Source of the DNA: Verrucomicrobiota bacterium
Lineage (GTDB): Bacteria > Verrucomicrobiota > Verrucomicrobiia > JABWAM01
Assembly: GCA_016198745.1 (NCBI GenBank)
Contig: JACQHZ010000407.1
Span: 1 to 55,099, forward strand
Length of the DNA stretch: 55,099 nucleotides
Reading direction: 5' to 3'
Part shown: positions 26,182 to 33,560 of the stretch, in pieces
Position numbering within the stretch: position 1 is the first letter of the stretch
Layout: each line of letters begins with the position of its first letter
Notes under the pieces: generated by a model
The model's database searches: none
Told to the model about the DNA's origin: nothing
What the model saw: the letters and a program-made list of their open reading frames with translations, nothing else
Made by a program: the position numbers and the translations under genes

Positions 26182-26607
26182 GGTGCCAACGTGCTCTTCC
26201 TGTATGGTCAGGTGAAATACCGCAAGCGGGACGATGGGGCTTTTTCAAACCGTGGTTTATTGCCGAAGTGGCTGCAGGTGGACAACTTGCGCGACCGTAA
26301 ATTCGGATACGCCGGCATCGTCCTCGGTGGTCAGCGACTCGAAACGGGCGAAGTGCAACTGCCCGCGGGCTGCCGCGAAGTGCAGTTTCATTTTCAGGTT
26401 GAGAAATTGAAGCCGCTCTATTTTGACGAGACCGATACGGCAAAAAAGCTGTCCCTCCGCCGACAGATTGACGATCTGATTCGCGAATTAACGAATGGCA
26501 AAGAGATTTTCGACTTCGAAATCTATTTCTCGGAAGTCTTCCACGGAAAAGAAGGTTTTGACGTTGTCATCCAAAATCCACCCTACGTTCAGATCAAGGG
26601 AAATTAG
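26182..26607 (+). pseudogene. gene-fragment tract: degenerate DUF1559 C-terminal remnant plus truncated N6-adenine DNA methyltransferase fragment
   Basis: 26182..26220 encodes GANVLFLYGQVKY, a decayed version of the GANVLF.DG.V motif. 26443..26607 encodes ..IFDFEIYFSEVFHGKEGFDVVIQNPPYVQIKGN*, the FxGxG-to-NPPY (motif IV) region of Eco57I/PglX-like methyltransferases. That fragment ends abruptly 3 nt before the next gene. Confidence 0.55.
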
Positions 26608-26609
26608 CC

Positions 26610-27503
26610 ATGAAAGTGCCAATCAAAAAGCTGGGCACCATCGATTGCGATATGGTTGAGACCACCCCTATCGTCTTTCACGATCGACTCTATCGTTTTG
26701 AATACGTGCGCGCCAATTATAAGCCGAATAAAACTGGCGACTCCTACTTTCGCTTCATTGATGTCGAGTCAGGCAAAGCCACGCCCGCCTTTGCTTTAGG
26801 CTACCACCTTGGCGGCGCTTATGTCGAAGCCGACACTGTCTACGTCTATGGCGTCAATATCTGGGGCGGTTTGAAGATCCAAGTCTTCTGGTCTAAAGAT
26901 AAAGACCTGGAAACCTGGTCATCCAAAACCGCCTTAGACTTGCCGGGATGGGGAATCTATAATAATTCTGTCTGCAAAGGACCAAGAGGCTATACCATGG
27001 CTTTCGAAATCAATAAGCCTCCTCTCGAAGCTGGCGTTCCATTCACCATCCGCTTTGCTGAATCCAACGATCTAGTCAACTGGAAACTCACTCCCTCCCA
27101 CTGCGTCTATTCTAAGGACCGATATACCGCCTGCCCAGCCCTGCGATTCTACCATAGCTTTTACTATATGATCTATCTTGAAGCCAAACCTGGTCCAACT
27201 TACGAGACCCACATCGTTCGTTCCAAAGATCTTGTTGACTGGCAGAGCAGTCCTTTCAATCCGATGATGCAATTTGACCCCCAAGACAAAATTATCGGAA
27301 TTCCCAACCTCACAACGGAGCAGAGAGAGCGCATCGCCAAGGCCGTCAATAGGAACAACTCGGACGTTGATCTGTGTGAATTCAACGGGAAGGTTATCAT
27401 CTATTACTCATGGGGGGACCAACAAGGCACTGAGTTTCTGGCTCACGCCGTCTATAACGGTTCTCTGGAAAGCTTCCTTACTGGCTTCTTCCCAGAAGAT
27501 TAA
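26610..27503 (+). CDS. putative glycoside hydrolase, beta-propeller fold (arabinanase/levansucrase/invertase-like superfamily); family uncertain
   Basis: 297-aa ORF with no signal peptide. Repeated W/Y-rich blade-like segments (VYVYGVNIWGG, ETWSS, LVNWKL, LVDWQSSPFNP, NNSDVDLCEFNGKVIIYYSWGDQQG). The fold call is pattern-based only. Confidence 0.4.
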   Translation: MKVPIKKLGTIDCDMVETTPIVFHDRLYRFEYVRANYKPNKTGDSYFRFIDVESGKATPAFALGYHLGGAYVEADTVYVYGVNIWGGLKIQVFWSKDKDLETWSSKTALDLPGWGIYNNSVCKGPRGYTMAFEINKPPLEAGVPFTIRFAESNDLVNWKLTPSHCVYSKDRYTACPALRFYHSFYYMIYLEAKPGPTYETHIVRSKDLVDWQSSPFNPMMQFDPQDKIIGIPNLTTEQRERIAKAVNRNNSDVDLCEFNGKVIIYYSWGDQQGTEFLAHAVYNGSLESFLTGFFPED

Positions 27504-27845
27504 AATTATTTGCCTGCGCGAGCGGCTTTTGGCCCTTGAAAACCAAAATGAGGTTTTCCGCGGCCATCCTGGCCTGCCGGGCTACGCGCTCGTAAGTGCG
27601 CGAACCGATGTGCGGCGTGATCACGGCGGTGGGGCACCCAAAAAGCGGATGATCGGCAGGCGGCGGCTCATCCTCCAGCACGTCGGCGCCATAGCCGAGC
27701 AACTGACCGCTTTTGAGCGCGGCCGCCACCGCGCGGCTGTCCACCAATTCGCCGCGCGCGCAATTCAGAAGGACCGTTCTTTTTTCATGCGCGCAAAGCG
27801 TTGGGCGTTGATCAGGTTGCGCGTCTGATCGGTCAGGTCAACGCT
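27478..27845 (-). pseudogene. C-terminal fragment of a D-isomer-specific 2-hydroxyacid dehydrogenase, frameshifted and 5'-truncated
   Basis: The minus strand reads VDLTDQTRNLINAQRFARMKKERSF* then, shifted by one base, LLNCARGELVDSRAVAAALKSGQLLGYGADVLEDEPPPADHPLF..VITPHIGSRT. This is the catalytic-domain C-terminus of the PGDH/GHPR family. The N-terminal ~200 aa are absent. Confidence 0.75.
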
Positions 27846-27898
27846 GCCTGTGTCCTTCCTGCCATAAAAAGCGAACGCTCATCCTCTCCGAACGTCTT

Positions 27899-29061
27899 GT
27901 GGCAGGACCCCTGACTGGCGCCTGGTTCAAATTTGTCAGCGACCGGCAGATAGAGCGAAAAACAAAGAATCTGAATGATTTCAAACTTCTTTACATACCG
28001 TTCTGCCGGTATGAACGCGCGGCAATTATTGATAAATTCATGGATTTTGTGAACCAGGGCGGAACCCTCGTAATGACGGACCCGCAGGGTTTCATGACAG
28101 ATATAAACGGGGATGACATCACCGGATACCGCGAAAAGATTTTTGGCGTAAAGGTTGGCGCCGAAAAAGGAATGAGCGGCATCCTGCCTGCGGTTTCCTG
28201 GCATGATGCCGCCCCGCTTCCGGGCATGATGCCGCCCCGCTTCCGGGCAAGGGCGCGGCGTTTAAGATTGTAGCCGGCCCGGATGTTGAGGCGTTGGCCA
28301 GGTTTTCTGATGACAACTCGCCGGCCATTACGCAAAAAAAGCATGGGAAAGGCCGGGCGATATTGTTTGCCTACAACCCGTTTGAGAAAGAACGCAACAT
28401 CTATCCGGGCGCGCCGTGGGTAAAGTTTTTCACCGCCCTTCAGAAGGATATCGGGATAAAGATGAACCGTGAGATATGGAAGTTTAAGTTTCCGGCGCCA
28501 AATCCAACCCCGGTTCCTCAGGGCTTCTGTCTTACCGGCAACAACGTTGCATTTGATGCGAACTGTCCGCTTAATAAGCATAATCTGAAATCCGATGGGA
28601 CCTATAGTTATGCCCATCCGCCATCCGGAACCCCTGATGTTTCTGCATCCGGTGAAATGCCATTTGGCAAGGGGCATTTAACCGACCGACCCAGCGCGGC
28701 CAATAACCGTATATTGGGACGCTGGATATCGGAATCCAAATCCGAGGTTCCCAGATGGACCGTAAGCTGGACCGACAATAAGGAGACCGCAATCACATTT
28801 GATTTAAAGAAGAGTTTTAAGGTGAATTCTTTGCGGCTGTTTTACTCGGACCAGCTGCCCGATGTGGTAATTGAAGGCAGCGTAGATATTCAGAAGTGGG
28901 ATAAATTGGGATCTTCGGAGAAACAGGATGCAACGCAAGATGTGTTGGATAAAGGTTACCCGCTGAAGGGGACCTACCGATACCTGCGGGTGAACTTAAA
29001 GGAGCGCGATCCCGGCAAGCCCATGACGTTGGTGGAAGCAGAGGTATGGGGTAATGAATGA
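27899..29061 (+). pseudogene. 5'-truncated, frameshifted paralog of the discoidin-domain GH-like gene 13530..16013
   Basis: ORF 27899..28273 (FKFVSDRQIERKTKNLNDFKLLYIPF..FMDFVNQGGTLVMTDPQGF) and ORF 28294..29061 (..[63 protein letters not shown]) align colinearly with aa ~500-927 of the 13230..16013 ORF. They are in frames 2 and 1, separated by a 23-bp tandem duplication. Confidence 0.85.
28201..28246. repeat. exact 23-bp tandem duplication (GCATGATGCCGCCCCGCTTCCGG x2) causing a +2 frameshift
   Basis: 28201..28223 is identical to 28224..28246. Removing one copy gives ..SWHDAAPLPGKGAAFKIVAGPDVEALARFSDDNSPAITQKKHGKG.., which is continuous with the downstream ORF and colinear with the intact paralog. 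Confidence 0.95.
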
Positions 29062-29893
29062 CTTTAAATCTCAAGAGGAAAGCCGGGTAAGTCCCGCCAA
29101 GGCGGGATTCACGCCCGGTTTGGTCGTTGGGGTAAAGCCGACGACGCCGCGCAGCGGCGGGGGAGGCTTCACTTTAATAGAACTGCTGGTGGTGATCGCG
29201 ATTACCTCCATCCTTGCGGCGCTGTTGTTGCCCGCGCTCAAGAAGGCGAAGGAATCCGCCAAGGCCATCGTCTGCATGAACAACCTCAAACAAATAGGAT
29301 TGAAGATGATCTTCTTCACGGAAGACCATGATTTATACTTTCCACCTTATTATCGCGCAGCAGCCACCGACAGGTGGGGAGGCGGACAATTTGATCGCAG
29401 TGAGTGTATGGGTGGCGCATGGTGGGGCTGGTTGACCGAGTATAGCGAGTGGCCTCCTCCAGACGCCGAGAAACTTCTGGCTTCCAACCTTATCTTTAAG
29501 TGTCCAAGTAATCCAACTGTGATTGTTGCTCATGCTCCATGGTGTCAGTATGCTTACAATCAGTATCTGAACGGGATAGAGAATGGCAACAAGGAGTGGA
29601 AATATGGTCAAACAATCAGAGGAACAAGCGCACTGGTGATGGTGGCTGATGCTTCTTTTCTTGGCTCTTACCAGATCCCGTTTACCCAGCCTGCGCAATA
29701 CACTGATCCAGGTGATCCTAATTATGCCATAGGTTATTGGCACTCTGGTGGGGCTAATCTTTTGTATGAAGATGGGCATGTGGAACGGCACAGTGAGAAG
29801 GAAATCGGCGGAGCAATTCGGTCGGTTGCCTGGCCGCCAGACGGAACGGGGCAAGGGACAGGTCATCCCTGGTGGGACCCTTGGGAACCTTAG
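29054..29893 (+). CDS. DUF1559-like prepilin-type protein
   Basis: [33 protein letters not shown] and C-terminal [14 protein letters not shown]. The ATG overlaps the end of the preceding pseudogene (29054..29061). Confidence 0.8.
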   Translation: MNDFKSQEESRVSPAKAGFTPGLVVGVKPTTPRSGGGGFTLIELLVVIAITSILAALLLPALKKAKESAKAIVCMNNLKQIGLKMIFFTEDHDLYFPPYYRAAATDRWGGGQFDRSECMGGAWWGWLTEYSEWPPPDAEKLLASNLIFKCPSNPTVIVAHAPWCQYAYNQYLNGIENGNKEWKYGQTIRGTSALVMVADASFLGSYQIPFTQPAQYTDPGDPNYAIGYWHSGGANLLYEDGHVERHSEKEIGGAIRSVAWPPDGTGQGTGHPWWDPWEP

Positions 29894-29925
29894 CAAACCA
29901 AAGGTGTAGGAAAAACCGCCCGTCC

Positions 29926-30936
29926 ATGACCGCGCATCAATCCATTCTTAGCCCGCATATCTCACAAGTTCTGACTTGTGAAATATGCGCCTTGTCTTTT
30001 TGCCCCGAAAGCTTTCGGGGCAAAAAGCAAGGCCGAGTTTTCCCCAACCCCGAAGGCTTTCGGGGTTGGGGCGGGGCTAACCCCGAAAAGCCCCGATTTT
30101 CGGGGCGATTTCGGCCTTGGGTGGATATTTCACACACGGAGTGTGAAAATATCCAGGTTAGACTCTTCCCGCCACGTCGGCCAGTCGTATCAGTCAGTGG
30201 CGAAAGTTCAAGGCGACCTGCTTTCACGCTCGTTGAATTGCTGGTGGTGGTGGCGATTATTGCTCTTCTGGCGGCGATGCTATTGCCAGCCCTAAAAAAT
30301 GCCAGGGAGGCGGCCAAAAAGACAGGCTGTGTCCACAACCTCAAGCAAATCGGGCAACTCATCCATCTCTATGCGAATGACAATAACGGACAGGCGCCGA
30401 CGGGGGTTCTCGAGTATGGGTATCGAGGCGGAAATCGTCTCAATACTGTATATAATGGGGCAAGTATGCCGATGATGAAACTGAATCTGGGTGTATTATG
30501 CTGGGATTACATCCCCAGGAGTAATGCGGCAAAGGTTCTTTTCTGTCCCAGTCGCGTTCAAGGTTTTAATGCGGGCGGAACGCCCATGTATCTGGGAGGA
30601 TTTGCCCAAGAGGACTCAAATAGCTTCTTTGACGCTTGGGACAACGGGAATGCCTGTATTGGTTACGCCTATCGCACACCGGATGCGGTTGGACCCAGCT
30701 ATAATTTTACTTATCAAAGCTATAGTATCAGCGGAGACGCTTATCTGTGTATCGCAGCGGATATCTATTATTATAACCGGCAGTGGGACGTGCACGGCGG
30801 TTATTTAAATCTCCTTTTCATGGATGGACATGTAAAAGGAACAAAAACGGTGGTCCCGTATGTTAGCGATGCGAGCTTCGACATAGATCACCTGGCGACA
30901 GCAAACTTTACAACATATTTTGACCCGCTGTACTAA
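29926..30936 (+). CDS. DUF1559-like prepilin-type protein (tandem copy A) carrying an in-frame 210-bp insertion in its leader
   Basis: [33 protein letters not shown] and C-terminal [12 protein letters not shown]. The ATG at 29926 (MTAHQSIL..) is conserved with copy B (30998). The reading frame stays open through the insertion 29952..30161, so the real start may lie downstream. Confidence 0.65.
   Translation: MTAHQSILSPHISQVLTCEICALSFCPESFRGKKQGRVFPNPEGFRGWGGANPEKPRFSGRFRPWVDISHTECENIQVRLFPPRRPVVSVSGESSRRPAFTLVELLVVVAIIALLAAMLLPALKNAREAAKKTGCVHNLKQIGQLIHLYANDNNGQAPTGVLEYGYRGGNRLNTVYNGASMPMMKLNLGVLCWDYIPRSNAAKVLFCPSRVQGFNAGGTPMYLGGFAQEDSNSFFDAWDNGNACIGYAYRTPDAVGPSYNFTYQSYSISGDAYLCIAADIYYYNRQWDVHGGYLNLLFMDGHVKGTKTVVPYVSDASFDIDHLATANFTTYFDPLY
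29952..30161. mobile_element. 210-bp hairpin-rich non-autonomous insertion (MITE/PATE/REP-cluster-like) bounded by TTAG
   Basis: Absent from the otherwise colinear copy B (..CCATTCTTAG|ACTCTTCCC.. at 31013..31031). TTAG is present at both junctions (29948..29951, 30158..30161). It contains at least five stem-loops, including related sub-terminal hairpins GCATATCTCACAAGT/ACTTGTGAAATATGC and GGATATTTCACAC/GTGTGAAAATATCC, and the perfect palindrome CCCCGAAAGCTTTCGGGG. Confidence 0.7.
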
Positions 30937-30997
30937 TACCCTGGTGGGACCCATGGGAACCTTAGCAGACCAAAGATGTAGGAAAAACCGTCTGTCC

Positions 30998-31803
30998 ATG
31001 ACCGCGCATCAATCCATTCTTAGACTCTTCCCACCACGGCGGCCAGTCCTGTCGGTCCGTGGCAAAAGTTCATGCCAACATGCTTTTACGCTCGTTGAAT
31101 TGCTGGTGGTGGTGGCGATTATTGCGATTCTGGCGGCGCTGTTGCTTCCAGCCCTTAAAAATGCCAGGGAGGCGGCCAAAAAAGCGGGCTGTGTCAACAA
31201 CCTCAAGCAAATCGGGCAACTCATCCATCTCTATGCGAATGACAATAACGGACAGGCGCCGCCGGGGGTTCTCGAATGGGGGTATAGAGGAGGAAATAGT
31301 GTCAATACGGCCTATAATGGGGCAGCAATGCCGATGATGAAACTAAATCTGGGGGTATTATGCTGGGATTACATCCCCAGGAGTAATGCGGCAAAGGTTC
31401 TTTTCTGTCCCAGTCGCGTTCAGGGTTTTGATGCGTCGGGAGGGCTGCCTTTTTATCTGGGAGGATATGCTCAAGATGACGGAGAGAGCTTCTTAGACGC
31501 AGGGATCCCCCTGGTGCTGACGCGAGGACTGGCTACGGATATCGCACACCGGATGCAGTTGGACCTGCCTATAATTTTATCTATCAAAACTATAGTATCA
31601 GCGATGGTAATCTATGTATCGTAGCGGATGTCTACTGGTGTAACCGGCAGTGGGACGTGCACGGCGGTTATTTACATCTCCTTTTCATGGATGGACATGT
31701 TAAGGGAACAAAAACGGTGGTCCCGTATATTAGCGATGCGAGCGCCGCCATGGATCACTTGGCGACAACAAACTTTAAAACATATTTTGACCCGCTCTAC
31801 TAG
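30998..31803 (+). pseudogene. DUF1559-like prepilin-type gene (tandem copy B) with a 1-nt frameshift
   Basis: Colinear with copy A up to ..ESFLDA (about 31500). There GCAGGG replaces the GCTTGG of copy A, so one base is missing. The remaining sequence is open in the -1 frame to TAG 31801..31803 ([25 protein letters not shown]...[20 protein letters not shown]...TYFDPLY*). This could also be a sequencing error. Confidence 0.7.
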
Positions 31804-31884
31804 TGTCCCTTAAATAACTAGACGTCAATCGGAACACTGTGCGCAACCGAATGGATTTGTCCGGCGGACCCGCTTTGGCGTAGC

Positions 31885-32050
31885 CTCAGACTTCCTGATC
31901 CTTGGGAATCTGAAGTGAGACCATTCCTGCGACCCCAGAGGTACCAGAATCTTCGTAAACCGTTGGAAATCAGCCCTGGAATACATGGATTGGTCTCAGG
32001 ACCTTATCCTTATATTGCCGAATTCGCGGGGTGAGATCAGGAAGTCTGAG
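31885..32050. repeat. 16-bp perfect inverted repeats 134 nt apart with an inner imperfect pair (long hairpin or MITE-like)
   Basis: CTCAGACTTCCTGATC (31885..31900) versus GATCAGGAAGTCTGAG (32035..32050). Inner pair TGAGACCATTCC (31916..31927) versus GGATTGGTCTCA (31988..31999), with 1 mismatch. The region is intergenic. Confidence 0.6.
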
Positions 32051-32235
32051 CCTGGGCAATCAAAGTGATTGGCCATCAGTTTGGGGATGCCCCGCCAGCG
32101 CAGACCGCCTGGGGTGGTGCGCTGGCCGTTCTATGTCATTCTGGGGTATGTGGCATGAGGTGGCGGGGTGACTTTCGACGATCTCGTGGTGCGGGTGATT
32201 TCGCCAAAACTCTACGCGGATGGTCCGATCCCCTG

Positions 32236-33285
32236 CTATCGCACCACCGCCACCGAATCGCCCTTGACCAGTTCCACCGGACAGATCCGCTGGACGGGGC
32301 CTTTGAGGCGGCCCTCCAGCCGCTCGATCAGCGTGGCAACCGCCAGATGTCCCAGGGTGAGCGGATGCTGTTCGATGCTGGTGATTTTCAAGAGACCGTC
32401 AGGCGATGACACATTACCGAAGCCAGCCACGGAAATATCGAACGGCACCCGCTTGCGCAGGCGGCGCAGGATTTGAATGCCTTGCCGGGCCACGTGGTCC
32501 GAGTCGAACGCAATGCCCGTGATGCGATGGTCGGCGCCGAGCAGTTGGTTGATGACGGCCAGCAGATTGTGCCGGGCCTTCGAGAAACAATGCAGGCGTT
32601 CCGCCGATTCGCCCAGACCCCGCTTGCGAAACTCGTCCAGAAAACCACGGGCGCGGTCCATCAGGTCTCCGCGCGCGGCATCCTGGGAAATAAAGGCCAC
32701 GTGCCGATGGCCGCATTCGAGGAAATGCCGGGCCAACAAACGGCCGCCCCCCGCGTTGTCGGTCTGCACCTGGTCCGCCTGCGCCCGTTGGACGGCGGTA
32801 TCCAGGAACACCACCGGCAAGTTGCGGACGCCGGGTTGGAACGGGCGGTTGATGATCAAGCCGTTGAGTCCGGTGGCGCGCACGTATTTCCAGAAACGGT
32901 CAACATCGATTTCGGTTTCGTTGGCCGGCGACTGGAAGAACAGCAGGCCGTAGGAACGGGACTGCGCCTCCTCCTGAGCGCCAACCAGGAGGTGCGAAAA
33001 ATAGGTGCCGGGCCGCAGGTTGAGATAAATGCCAATCAGGGGCAGGTTTCGGGCAAAGGGATCGGCGACAAAGGTGCCCGCCCCATGCCTCCGTTCCAGG
33101 AAACCATCCGAAACCAAGATGGCCACCGCTTTGTTCGCCGTGGTCTTGTTCACTCCGAATTGGGACGCCAACGCGTACTCGGATGGAATCTTTTGCCCCG
33201 CACCCCAACGGCCGCTCCGGATCAGGCGGACGAGGTGTTCCTTGATCTGGAGATGTTTCGTGGAGCGACGTTTGGACTTTGGCAT
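32236..33285 (-). CDS. transcriptional regulator: GntR-type winged HTH fused to a LacI/PBP1-type sugar-binding domain
   Basis: N-terminus IKEHLVRLIRSGRWGAGQKIPSEYALASQFGVNKTTANKAVAILVSDGFLERRHGAGTFV is a GntR HTH. The rest resembles a periplasmic-binding-protein type 1 effector domain (GLIINRP, VVFLD, HVAFIS). Start set at MPKSKRR (ATG 33285). Confidence 0.8.
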   Translation of the reverse strand: MPKSKRRSTKHLQIKEHLVRLIRSGRWGAGQKIPSEYALASQFGVNKTTANKAVAILVSDGFLERRHGAGTFVADPFARNLPLIGIYLNLRPGTYFSHLLVGAQEEAQSRSYGLLFFQSPANETEIDVDRFWKYVRATGLNGLIINRPFQPGVRNLPVVFLDTAVQRAQADQVQTDNAGGGRLLARHFLECGHRHVAFISQDAARGDLMDRARGFLDEFRKRGLGESAERLHCFSKARHNLLAVINQLLGADHRITGIAFDSDHVARQGIQILRRLRKRVPFDISVAGFGNVSSPDGLLKITSIEQHPLTLGHLAVATLIERLEGRLKGPVQRICPVELVKGDSVAVVR

Positions 33286-33560
33286 GGGGCAACGAAGACT
33301 ACTTCGTCTCAAAACCTCTTGTCCATCCTGATCAATTCCACGAGATGAGGCGCGATGCGCTCAACCAGGCTCGCGGCGATGCCGCCGCGACCCTTCCACC
33401 ACCAGGGAGTCCAACGTCCGTTGGCGGCGGCGGCGTTCAATTTCAAGGAATGCTGCCAAGCAAGACCAAGTTGCTGGCCGCACTCAAAGGCGGTTCCTTC
33501 AAAGCTCAGGAGCGGGACGTTCCCTTCCGGTGCGCAACGATGGAATTTCGTTTTCAGAAG

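Noticed and set aside
26035-26607. 190-aa ORF treated as a real gene
   Set aside because: The first third overlaps the DUF1559 gene in another frame. The rest is a concatenation of a decayed DUF1559 tail, unassignable sequence and a methyltransferase fragment that stops right after NPPY. I report it as a pseudogene tract instead.
29952-30161. Hairpin cluster and the heptamer tracts (40015..40056, 54517..54558) as possible CRISPR arrays
   Set aside because: There are no regularly spaced identical repeats of 24-40 nt with unique spacers. The hairpins differ from one another, the heptamers are contiguous, and no cas genes are nearby.
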